A stretch of DNA of 64,000 nt, from contig MU004241.1 of NCBI GenBank assembly GCA_010405405.1, positions 124,001-188,000 on the forward strand. Reading direction: 5' to 3'. The stretch comes from Microthyrium microscopicum (Eukaryota). The stretch's first letter is position 1, and every line of letters begins with the position of its first letter. The translations under genes and the position numbers were made by a program. Of the stretch, positions 38,161 to 50,104 are shown one piece after another. The notes beneath the pieces were generated by a model, which saw only the letters and a program-made list of their open reading frames with translations, searched no databases and had not been told where the DNA came from.

Positions 38161-41117
38161 AAAGCATAAGATATTAAACGCTTAAGTAGTTATCGTTATT
38201 ATAAGAAGTATATATTAATATATTATTCTATACTAACTACCTACTCTAAACTACTACTCTCTAAACCTTTGTCTTCTAACTAGTCTATAAACTAAATAAT
38301 TTACTTAGAGTCTTATACTCTATAACTTTACCCTTAGATTTATAATAATTATCTCTAAAGGTATAGTTCTTAAAAAATATAATATAATAGGCATAATAAC
38401 TTCTAGGATTCTTCTACGTATCTTTTACTTTCTACGTAAATTACTAATATTTTTATCTATGCTTAATATATACTAAATATATAGTAGTATCTAGTACACA
38501 TTTATTAAAAGTTATCTTTATTATATAGCTAATATTACTATATAGTTTTTTTTTTAGAATATTAAGATATTTTACTTCTTAGTAGTCTAAGACTACTATT
38601 TATTAAGTATAGTAAGATGCCTTACGTCTAGACTTAGCTTCGTTACTATAAAATACGGCTAGCTAAGGTTAATTCTAGCTATTAAGCTAGAGTTAAATTT
38701 TTATATAAGCACGTTATGCTTAGCCTTAGTAAGAATAGGGGCAGAAAGAAAGAGAGGGTTAAAATTAATAAGAGTCTTATCGTCTTCTTTGTCTTTATTA
38801 TCATTATTATTATTATTATCGTTATTATTATCGTCTATTAACTCATTATTACTAAAATTAAAGGGCAAACCTAAAAAAAAAGATAGCTTAGGCAAGCTAG
38901 ATATAAGAGAATCTAGAATAAAAAGAGGATTCTCTTCTTACTTAATAAGCGTAGCTAAATAAGCTTAATAAATAGCCTAGTAAGTATTAAACTTAACTTA
39001 CTAACTATAATTATTATTACTAATATCTATAAGTAATATATTAAAACTTATAAATTATTAAAGTTATAACGCTTTATAATATAACTAAAAATTCTATCCT
39101 CTAAATAAGTATATTTATCTTTTTAGCGTAGTATACTATAAGAAATTAACTTTACTTCCTTAATAAGCTAAGACAATAAAAGACTATTAAATAGCTAATA
39201 AGTAAAGATAATATATATATTAGGCATAGGATAGTATTAAGAGTATATCTTTCTTTTAAGGGTAGTAAAAGACGTAAATATATAAAGTTATAAAGTTAAG
39301 AAGTTAAAGTTTAAAAACTAAGAGGCATAAAGGCTTTAAAAAGACTATAATATAGTAGTTTTGCTATTTTAAATACTTAGTCTAATTAAGAGTATTAGCT
39401 ATTAAATAGTTATAATTACTTAATTTAGCAATACCTAGTTAGCCTATTATATCCTTATAAGGCTCTTATTTAATAAAAGAGATAGGATAGAATTAGTTAG
39501 TATATAAAGAGTATTAATAGCCTAAAAATTATATTAAAAGGGTATAATAAAGACCTAAGGCTATACTTCCTTAAAAGTAGTCTAGTTAAGTATAAAGAGA
39601 ACTACTTAAAAGAAGACCTAAAGGTATATAAAAATAAAGAAGAAAAGAGGATATATTTAGTATAGTAAGAAATATACTATTTAGGTAGTAGATATAATAG
39701 GTAGCACTTTATAAAGTTCTTACTACTACTTAATTAAGATAATAAAATTATAATATTAGTAGCCTTAATTAATTATAAAGAGTTATAAATAGTTAAATAT
39801 ATAATAAGAGTTACTATATAGTTTATACTTATTATATATATATTGTTTAGTTATAAAGTATAACTAGAATAGTAACAAGTAGAAAGTATATTATATCTAA
39901 TAAAAAGATTTATTAGGCATATTCTACTAGTATATTAATTACCTAAAGAAGAATATCTAGGCTTACTATATTATTTCTACCTAACCTAACCTCTACCTAG
40001 ACTAATAAAATAGATATATTATATAGTATTTTATTTATTAATACGTTATAAAACGCTAATATAGATTTATATAGTATTATTTCTTAGACTAAATACTATA
40101 CTAAAATTATAATCCCTATAACTTTAAATAACTATTAGCTTAAAGACTAACTCTCTACGTTAATAATATATACTATTCTTATATAACTTAATAGTTTTAA
40201 TCTAAATAGATATATTACTTTTAAAGAGAGTCTAGTAAAACTCCTCTCTATCCTTATAATAAAGATTTAGTAAAGTAATAACGATATTAAGAAAATATAT
40301 ATAGGAAAGGTTCTTAATAAAGAACTACTATAATATAATAAGTTACTAATAATAGAAGATAATAGGCTACTTAGCTATCTATATTATATTTCTTCTAATA
40401 TTCCCTAATAAGCATTAGAGTAACTAAGTTTACTACCTACTTTAAGCTAATGCTAGAGTATAAACTAGCTTTATAGAACTATAATTATTCTATCCTACTA
40501 AATTAATAGCATAGAGTCTTATAAAAGTTTATTAATATTATAATAATTTATAAGAAAGTCTTTATTAAAGAGTAAGATATACTACTAAAGAATAAAATAG
40601 ATAATAAAGATACTTACTACTAGTACTTTTTAATATATAGTACTATTAGCGCGCTTAATAGTATTAATATGCCTAATAGTTAATCTATTAAAGTTTAGCA
40701 TAGATTTAATACTACTAGTAATACTAACTCTATATTCTAAACTATATTATTCTTTAAGTAGTATCTTAACTATAGCTATATCTCCTAATATAGCTTAATT
40801 ACTATTTTTATAACTAAGAATAATTAATAGTCTCTTAAAGGCTAGCATATAAACTATACCTTTTAAGTAATTAAATAGTAAGACACTAAATATTCCTTAA
40901 TGCTAATTTTTAGCAAACCTGCTTAATTCTACGTTTCTACCTATAATATTAAAAAGTAAAGTACTTAAGCTACTAATAATTAGCTATATTAGCTTTATAC
41001 ACGAGGGATTAAAGTATAAGCCTTAGCTAAGTAAGGTTTACTTACTATTAGATTTTCTAATATTTAGTTCTTATTATAGTGTCTAGTTTCTATTACTTAA
41101 CAAAACTAGTAAGTAGG

Positions 41118-41290
41118 TAATACTAAGCAACGTAGAGAGGTAGAGCGTTATAGTAATACTAAGCGACGTAGAGAAGCGGAGCATCGTAGTAATATTAAGT
41201 AACGTAGAGAAGCTAAGCGTCATAGCGATACTAAGCAACGTAGAGAAGCTAAGCGTTATTATAATACTAAGTAATATAGAGAAGTTAAGT
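41118..41290 (+). repeat. 36-bp tandem repeat, ~5 copies
   Basis: Units start at 41118, 41154, 41190, 41226, 41262 ((t/c)(a/g)ata(c/t)taag(c/t)(a/g)acgtagagaag..); copies differ mostly by C/T and G/A. Confidence 0.9.
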
Positions 41291-41999
41291 ACTAAAATAG
41301 CTTTCTTACCTAAAAATATATATATTATATTTAAATAGATCTAAGTTAGGATACTATCTAGGTTTTACTAATACTTATAGTAATATTCTATTACGTCTTA
41401 GGAATACTTTAATATACTTACTAATCTTATATAAACTAGTAAATTTGTCTTTATTATTATACTTATAAAGAGCCTTCTTTATAATATATATTATAATATA
41501 TAGGCTTCGCAATAGGGCTTAATACTTAGATATCTATTTACTAAAGATATTATAATAATAACGAATAGGTAAAGTAGTTATAATAGACTAATAAATATAA
41601 TATACTATAAATATATATAGAAGAATATAACGCCTATAATAGATAAGAACCCTAAATACTAATATTTATAAACTTCTAAACTAAAAATATAAAATATAGT
41701 ACTTATATAACTATACTTACCTACTTCTTAGAATCCTATATAATTCTATATAGTTCCTTATAATACCTAAGCAAATAAAATAGTTAGAAAACTAAATATT
41801 TAGAATTATATATTAGGTTTAGCCTACTCTAATATTAGACGTAATATCTTTTTACTTATCTTTAATTCTCTTCTTATTAGTTAAGGAAAATACTCCTTTA
41901 TACTCTTTCTTATAGTCTTCTTAATAGTAATAGTTAAACTATTTTTCTCTAAAGTTATAGGTAAGGACTATCTTATACTAGCCTTAATTTAGTAATAAC

Positions 42000-44800
42000 G
42001 TAGTATTAACTAGCTTAATAAGTCTTAACTTAATAAATAACTCTTTTATTAAGCATAAGTTAAGTAATAAGTATAAAGAGTAGCAACTAGAATAATACTA
42101 TCTTTATTTAATATAGGTATTAGCTAATTAAATAGATTATTGTCTATATCTCCTTTATTATCTTTAGAATTAGTATCTATAAATCTCCTATATTTATCTA
42201 GGATATTACTATTATCTAAATCTATAACATTCTACTAATACTTAGTAAATAGTAAGGTTAGAATATTTATTAACGTAGAACCTCTAAATAAACTAATAAG
42301 AGTAAATATATATTTAATTAGCTAACTTATAAATAAATGAACCCTTTTATCTTCCTCTTATACTTTATAAGCCCTTTTTTATATTAACTTATTATCTATT
42401 AGTTTCTTAAGAACCTAGCGCTAAAGATTACTAGTTTAAGATAATATAAGTAGCTACGACTAAGACTTTAACTATAACACTATAACCTATATTTTCTTTA
42501 AGAGCTTTACTTTCTTAGCTATAAGGCGTGCTAAATAGTTAGCCTTATAAGTATCCTTATATAATTACTTAATAATAGTTTCTAGTTTTTAAAGGATAAA
42601 TAATAGTTTTCTCTCTAATATAATAGTATTAGTCTAATTAACTAAATTAAGAATATATATATATAATTTATCCTAAGTAGAATACTAAGTATTAAAAAGG
42701 AATTTAGTAGTATAGAAATAGGCTAGCTACCTAATTAAATTATTATCTAGTAACTAGTCCTTACCTTAAGGATATTTACTCTTATAATTATCCTCTATAT
42801 ATATAGCCTCTTCTATTACTAAAGACTAAACTTATAACTACGTTCTTATAATAGCTTTATAACTATTCTTATTTAAAGCCTACTTACGTAGTAGAAACGC
42901 TAACTAAACTAATTTATAAAACTTATCTAGATAGTATTTATTATAATATCTTAAAATTAGTATAGGATTATAATCTATTATCTAGAGTAAGAATTTACCT
43001 AGCTTATAGAGAATAGCTTCCTAGAAATAGTCTAAATAATTTATAATAACAAACTATTTATATAGGACTCTACTATAGGTTTTAACCTTAGCTTTAGACT
43101 AGAATAGAGGAATTAAACTAGGTATACTATTTAGTAGTATATTAGCTTCTTATATATTTATAACTAATACTTAAGAAGTAATAGACGTAATAGTAGATAC
43201 TTATAAGGTAGTGCTAGCTTTGCTTTTAATATCGCTATTATTAAATAGTAATTTAAGCTATAATATACTTAGACTAGCCCTATCCTAAATATAGAGTTAT
43301 TAATATTAAAGTAGCGTATAATTTTAAATCCTATATAAAGAGAATATAATCTAGATAGATTAAATAATTAGTAAACTTACCTAAATACCTTTCTATAAAT
43401 TAAGTTATTCTTATCTAAACATATTAAATATCTAATATAGAAGAAATACTATAGTAGTACTAAATAACTTATAACTATATCTACTATAATCTATACGCTA
43501 CTATAGATCTATAAGACTATATAGTATTAAGAACTCCTAAATAATAATTAATATAATATCTAATATATTAATACTAAGTCTTAGGCTTATAGTTATAATT
43601 ATAATTTAATAAAGTAAACCTAGAAGCTTAAATTCTTAGTACTAAACTATCTTATTATAGCTAAAGATAGTAGAAGTAATTTCTTAAATAAGGTTATAAA
43701 TATAATATACGCTATCCTTATTAAAGTAAGTATACTACTAGTTCTCTAAAAAGTCCTTAGTTAAACTAACTAAAGTAGCCTAAAAGTATTTTAATACTAT
43801 ATAGATCTTTAACTTGCTATTAATATATATAATAGTCTTTTTAATTAACTTAGAGGTAGCCTTCCTAGCCTTAGAGTTAACTATAGTATCTAAGATCTAA
43901 TAGAGTTTATTAAAAAATACTAACCTTTACTTAAGTATAAGCTTAAACTAGATTATAATATCCTAATAGTTAATAGAGGAGCGCATAATAATAGTTTATT
44001 ATTTATATAGTCCCTCTTCTTAGAATCTACTATAATAAAGAATAAACTATTATATAAGTAAACTTAAGGTGCTAGTATAACTAAACTATATAACGTCTTA
44101 GTATAGTATTATATAAAACTTATAAATTATAGTAAACTAAGACCTAAAATCCTACTATTATTTAACTAGGTAGTATTTATTAATAGCAACTATTCTAATT
44201 CTATTCTAGAAAATAGAATTACCTAATATACTATAAAAGAGCCTACTAGACATAGTCTTTAGTAAAATTAATATATAGATATACTAACTAGATATAATAT
44301 TAGTAGTAATATTCTTTAACTAGGTTATTATCTTACTATAAATAATAATAGGCTTAGACTTAGAGATAGCTAAGATACTATTAAATTATTTATCTTCTAA
44401 TTAGTTTATAGGAATTAACTATAAAGTAATCTTTCCTATTAATATAGAAAAGTTATATAGTATTAAACTCTTACTCTATTTAGTATAAGTAATAAGTAAA
44501 ATATTATAGCCTCTATATATTAGAAACCTTAAGGCCCTAACCTGTCTAAAATAAGGATTATAGCTAGTTAACTTCTATAAGTATAACTATAATATATACT
44601 CTTATATTTTAGCTAATAGCTAGATTTAAATAAATTATATAAGGGCGTAAATAGTATTAATTAATCCTAGTTATAAAGTAGTATATATAACTTTAAGTAA
44701 CCTCTTAGATTTCTAAAGGAGATAAGGTTTAGGTAATTATAAAAGTAAGTAATTAAGCTAGTTTTATTGTGGTAATTATAAGTACTAAGATTATAGTAGT
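42000..44800 (-). pseudogene. RIP-inactivated RecQ-like superfamily 2 helicase
   Basis: Minus-strand reading after reversing C>T/G>A: QVRALRFL, motif I AxTGWGKS (44490-44467), GKITLQLIP, YTHILISPE, motif II VAIDECH (44190-44170), QWxDFR, WFGCTSTL, motif V ATVSLGLGxD and VI DLWQRxGRGGR (~43600-43480), Zn-binding CYRK...CCNKCHP (~43050-42925). Ends approximate. Confidence 0.8.
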
Positions 44801-45046
44801 CTTAGTCTTAGTTTTAAAGTTTAGAGGTATTAGCTTATTTAGTTCTTCCTTTTACTTATAATACTATAAAAATAATATTAGTATTATTATTAAGGTATAC
44901 TATATAATAACCTATATCTAACTATTATACTTACTAACTTATAAATAATACTTACTAGTTAAGAAAGGAGTATATAGAACGGCTAAGGGTATATAAAGGT
45001 TTTATTAAGTTACGTAAGGATACTTACGTAAGCTAGATACTAATAA

Positions 45047-45257
45047 TACTAAAGGTATTAGAATACTAATAGTATTAGAATACTAATAGTATTAGAATAC
45101 TAAAGGCATTAGAATACTAATAGCATTAGAATACTAATAGTATTAGAATACTAAAGGCATTAAAATACTAATAGTATTAGAATACTAATAGCATTAGAAT
45201 ACTAATAGTATTGAAATACTAATAGTATTAGAATATTAATAGTATTAGAATACTAAA
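45047..45257 (+). repeat. 17-bp minisatellite, 12 copies plus a partial copy
   Basis: Unit tactaa(ta/ag)g(t/c)attagaa with exact 17-bp period from 45047 to 45251. Confidence 0.93.
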
Positions 45258-46684
45258 GCTAAGTCTAAAAGACGAAGTAAGGAGGATAAAGGCTATGCCT
45301 TTAAGCTTGTAAGATTTCTTAGCTATAATAAAACTACTATAGTAACCTACTTAATAAAATTAAGTAACGTAGAAACTAGTAAAGATATTACTAATACTTT
45401 TATATAGTTATTTAGTACTAAAGTATTAAAGACGTTAGAATAATAGAGCTACTTAAATACTAGAGCTTGCTCTTTTTTATAAGACTCTCCTAGTCCCTTA
45501 TCTACCCTTCGCTAGAGCTACTAATTTACTACAAAGAGTAGGTAAGAGACTAGAAGGGTCTTATAGGAATACTTATATAAGCCTAGTATATAGCTAAAGG
45601 TATAAAAATAATAAAGAAGAATACTACTAAATATATAAAGAGTAATAAAAGGTGAATATAGGCTATTTAGGGACTTATAGGGACTTATAAGGATGCTTAT
45701 ATAAGTAAAATAAAGATAGTAATAAGAAGTCTTAGTAAAAAAAAGGCTTAGTCTAACTAAATATAAAATTAACTAAAAGATAAATAGGAATCTATAACTA
45801 TACTATTTAATAACAAAAATAAATATATAAAGTAATAAAGTAGCTAATTATAAAGCACTACGTAGTATTTTAAAGTAATTAAATTATATCATTGTTATGT
45901 AGTAAATAGCTAATAAAGGAGGATAAATATTAAGCAAGTTAGTATTTTTTTAGGTTATATAGGAATTATATTACTAGAATAATTAGAAGGAGTAGTAACT
46001 TAAAAATATATTTATTTAAAAGCGTAGTTAATTCTGTACAATTTCTTTTTAGTAGATTTAGTAATTTATATACCTATTTAGCTAAAGACGTCGTAATAGG
46101 TAAATTAAGCAAAAATATTAAGCGGCTTGCTAATAAATAGGAATAAGAGTCTCTTAGACTACACAGCAAAAAGCTAGAGGGAGTAGAATAAGCTCTGATT
46201 GGCTAGAATCTACCCCTGCACGTTAGTAGACGCCATATTTTTGCTGCTAGTCTAACTAAGTGAGATAATGGATAGGTTCATATGACGATCCGGATAATCG
46301 ACGCTAACCTCATGTCGTATTCGAGGAATAAGAGAGTAACCACGTGCGGCCTAGCGTATGAGCTTATTCGCATGGCATGTTGTGCTTCTTTCTCCAAAAC
46401 ACAGGTCAAGGGAGGGTATTCGCAGCTTGACCCGACTGTTCGTTCTTGGTTCAACTTCAATGACGGGCACATCGATGTCAAAGCGTATCCATGTCTTCAT
46501 ATCTCCGCTTTCGAGTTGCGCCGAGCGGCGTGATCAGTCGGCCATTGTATTGCACAAGTCCGACTGCTGTGATAAAGCCATGAGACTACTACGGTGTACT
46601 TAAACAGCTGAACGACAGCCATGGCAACTCAAATCCACCTCTCGTCTCCGACCTTCCTCAAGCTTTGCTTCAGTACATTAAAAA

Positions 46685-47827
46685 ATGGTCCAACTCGAAA
46701 TCGTAACCGCGTCTAATGCCGCCCTTTTCAGCAGACCCATCACCGCCGTCTTCGTAGGCGGCGCGACAGGCATAGGCCATCTCGCAGTTCGCGCCTTTGC
46801 TGCTGCCCACGGCACCACCGGCCAGGGACTTAACCTCTATCTCGTAGGACGTAACGAGGTCGCGGCCAATGAGATCATCAACGACTGCCAGAAAGTCTGC
46901 CCTGCCGCTGAATTCACCTTCATCCCCGGCGGCGACCTCACGCTACTTGCATCCGTCTCTAAGCTTTGCACCACCATAATAGAGACCATTACGAAAGACT
47001 CGAATGGCGCAAAACCGCACATTGACCTGCTTGTCATGACCCAAGGCACGCTCTATTTCGATGGACGCCGCGGTACGCACTCTTCCCCACCCATAACACA
47101 TCCCACAAAATACTAACACCGCGTAGAAACATCCGAAGGTCTCGACCAACTAATGACCCTCCTCTACTACTCCCGCATGCTGCTAACAACCAACCTTGCT
47201 CCCCTCCTGACCTCCGGCCCAGCTCCCGGGCACGTAGTCTCCGTCTATGCGCCAAATCGCGATACCATGGGCGGTGCAACTTTCAAGACTGCCGACATTT
47301 CCCTCCGCGATCCCAAAAACTACGGCTTCGGAGCCATGGGCGCACACGTCGCGTATATGACGACATTCTTCTTCGAACGGCTGGCCGCGGATCATGCAGG
47401 TAGATTGAGTTTGTGCCACTATTTTCCTGGGCTCGTGGAAGGACCTGGATTTGATAATGAAGGGATACCAAAGTGGGTGAGGGTGGCGGCGAAGGTGGTG
47501 TTGCCGCTGGTGAGGAGGTGGGCGTGTGTGCCGAATGGAGAGAGTGGGCAGCGGGTCGTGTTTCATGCGACTGATACCATGTTCCCCGCCAGCGGGGCGA
47601 ACGCAGCCACAAAGAAAAAGAGTGGTGTGTATGAAGAGTTAAAGATTGCGAAGGCGTCGGATGGGGTCGTGGGTGGTGGTGCATATCGATGTAATTGGAA
47701 TAATGAGATTATAGAGACTCCAAAGTCGTATGTGAAGTTGAGGGCCGATGGAGTTGCGGACAAGGTCTGGGAGCATACGAATCAAGTATTCAAGGATATT
47801 GCGCAGAAGGGAAAGACTGAGGTATGA
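46685..47827 (+). CDS. Short-chain dehydrogenase/reductase (atypical fungal SDR); exons 46685-47072, 47127-47827
   Basis: AVFVGGATGIG, YLVGRN, DLTLLASV, IDLLVMTQG, ETSEGLD, LLYYSRM, HYFPGLV, ESGQR; 54-nt GTACGC..ACTAAC..TAG intron. Confidence 0.9.
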
Positions 47828-48609
47828 TTGATTCATAGTATAATGAATCGTACCGTAGTGGTTGTAATGATGCTGTAATAGTAATGTAGTTCAATTAGAT
47901 ATAGCCTGTTAGGTACATGCGCTTCCATTGTCGATTCAACGGTCTCGTACGACTGTGATTAGAAAGGTCGTATTTAATTAGTGCAGATAACTGCTTGTTC
48001 ATTATTCACCGCTAAAACTAAGGTATGCAACGCTACTAGGGTATAATGAGTATCGTCCAACATACCAGCGCCAACGCTGGAACCAGTACACAACATGATG
48101 TGGGTTCATCAAGTATCGGCGACGATCGGACGATGCATGGTAAAGATATAAAAGCGGCCGCGCCAGCATCGCTAACAGTACACAGTCGAGGAGCCTCACG
48201 CTTTATGGCTCGCTAAAGCACCGAGTTGTAGAAAACTAAATCTACGTAGGCATTGGTCCACGCTGGAATGATCCGTGGAATCCGGAAAACTCGTTCGAAG
48301 TGTTTGGGTGCTGAAAGGTCGGGGACGGTTTGCGGGGACTTTGAGGGAATCTTCGAGCTGGGGGAGACATCTTTCCTACAGTTGTGACTTGTTTCACCTC
48401 AATAGGACTAATCGTTCCAGTGGCCTGTAGGGGGTTAAGTCAATGGGAACGCTGATAAGGGATAACAGTACTTGGGGACTTACGCGATCAAATTCCCAAC
48501 TATGTCCGGTATGGTCCCAGACAATGCGAGGAATTTCGGTACTTTCTGTCAATAGAGTCACCCGTCTCACGGGAGTATTAGGATAGGTATGCGACATAAA
48601 CATGGATAC

Positions 48610-49686
48610 TTACCTGGTATATTCAGAAATGACAGGCGAGGGGATGGCAGCAGGCGAGCCAAGTAAATTGCCAAAGGCAGGGCGGAAAAAGACAGCTGGC
48701 AAAGGACGAGAGTAGGTTTTGGCGCCTGTATAGAGGTTGCGAGATCCTAGAATTTCAATGTCACTGAAGGCATTATCATATCCAGCGGTTGCAAGATCAT
48801 CAAAGTCATCGGGTTCGTCGCCCTCATCGTCAAGGATAATGACCTCCGTTTCCTTCTCTTCAAGGTCATACTCTTCGTCTTCCCCGCGCCACTTGAGAAG
48901 GATCTTCAAACACTTGCCGGCGATGCTGTGTCGAGCTTCGGACCAAGCTTGCTTGTTCTTTAGGCGCTCGTCATAGTCGGTATGAACATGGCGAATATGG
49001 GCAATTACCGCGAGCTGGATACGGCGAACATAGGACAAGTCAGCAGCTTGACCAACACGTCCTCTCTTTTTTCCGGGCGCAATCCCTTTCTCAAAAGCAT
49101 GTCCTACTATGGGCGCAATTGTGTTCTCTGGGATGTTGGGAAACAAATCCTTGATCATATCGGTCAAGTTTTCCACGGTTTCCTGTTCTGGCTGTGGGTC
49201 TGCACGGCACAGAGGGTTTCTCAGGCTGTCGATTTCAACGTTGGACTTGAGGCTGAACGCTTTGAAAGCGGCCAAAAGCACTTCGTTGGGAAAATGCCAG
49301 CCGTGGCGAAACATGTTCTGTGGGATGCTATGGCCCGGCGCGGGGGGCTTCTTCTGTGGATAGATATGGACGACATAGTACTTCTTTTCCTGCTTGATGC
49401 ACAGCTCTTTGGCGAACTCTTTGATCTTTCGAAAACCTATGGGTAAGTAGGAATAGCCCACTGGCGCATTTTCATCGTAAGAATCGATGTACGTCTCCCT
49501 CTTCTTCTTAACAGCCACAGTCTGAATAACCGTTTTGTGTCTGCCAACTCCGGGTTTCACGGTGCGGGCACGACGCTGCGGAGTGTCAAGCTCCGATGTG
49601 CTGGAATATCCAGAGAATGCATCGTGATGTGTTCTCTTGACTGCTCCTCCCCAGCGTGCTGCTTGGGGAGCCACTATAGCGGTCAT
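48610..49686 (-). CDS. DUF2293 domain protein (main exon; probably continues in further exons toward ~48000)
   Basis: IKDLFPNIP...HAFEKG...GRVG...RIQLAVIAHIRHVHTDYD...WRGE; the ORF ends at an AG|GTAAGT donor. Confidence 0.8.
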   Translation of the reverse strand: MTAIVAPQAARWGGAVKRTHHDAFSGYSSTSELDTPQRRARTVKPGVGRHKTVIQTVAVKKKRETYIDSYDENAPVGYSYLPIGFRKIKEFAKELCIKQEKKYYVVHIYPQKKPPAPGHSIPQNMFRHGWHFPNEVLLAAFKAFSLKSNVEIDSLRNPLCRADPQPEQETVENLTDMIKDLFPNIPENTIAPIVGHAFEKGIAPGKKRGRVGQAADLSYVRRIQLAVIAHIRHVHTDYDERLKNKQAWSEARHSIAGKCLKILLKWRGEDEEYDLEEKETEVIILDDEGDEPDDFDDLATAGYDNAFSDIEILGSRNLYTGAKTYSRPLPAVFFRPAFGNLLGSPAAIPSPVISEYTR

Positions 49687-50104
49687 AATCCAACTCTTTT
49701 CGCCGCGTCAAAGGCGGCGCAAGAGCTTGGACAGGCACAAGATGAGATAATACAGGAGTGCGATTCCAATGGGATCGCTTGGTTGTTGGTTTTAGCAGTG
49801 TATCCTGGCTCAAAGAAAATTCAACAATGCAATGGTGATGGAGGAAAGGAGAGCGCTTAAAGAGTCGAGGTGAAGAAAACTTAAAAGCTCGGTCCACTAT
49901 CTTGGCGCCTTCAGAAGTTGACCCGAAGCAGCCAGCATTGTAGCCGAGCCTATTATGCAGGCTTCATCCTTGCACTTTATCGTAGGTCACTATTTTCTTA
50001 TTTTTGGATTCAAACTTAAAACAGCACATCGATTTTCATTCCAGAGTCTCCATCATAAACTATCCAGTTATTCCCATGTTTCAAGCTCAAATGTCTCGAA
50101 CTGT

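Larger units (their letters stand above)
25750..46250. mobile_element. ~20.5 kb RIP-degraded block, probable large AcademH-like DNA transposon (or nest of elements)
   Basis: Very AT-rich, TpA-saturated, CpA/TpG-depleted, no real ORFs; holds relic DUF6589-type and RecQ-like helicase genes in convergent orientation; termini not identified, edges approximate. Confidence 0.75.

Noticed and set aside
38701..38895. Asn-rich 64-aa ORF
   Set aside because: Best explained as a G>A-mutated Asp-rich tract of a dead gene, not a functional ORF.
27354..45032. Recurring palindrome ttacgtaa/tacttacgtaag
   Set aside because: ACGT cores flanked by TA are an expected end state of RIP; spacing is irregular.
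32441..45257. Repeat arrays as CRISPR-like loci
   Set aside because: Head-to-tail repeats without unique spacers, eukaryotic context, no cas genes.
25990..46158. Possible terminal inverted repeat (tctaagtaactcttattc at ~25990 versus the reverse complement of ~46141-46158)
   Set aside because: Only ~16/18 matches in AT-rich DNA and it needs gaps to extend; no TSD seen.
25750..46250. AT block as centromere, mitochondrial insertion or Starship
   Set aside because: No mitochondrial gene motifs and no tyrosine-recombinase captain recognised; the relic genes and RIP signature explain the composition. Centromere function cannot be judged from sequence.
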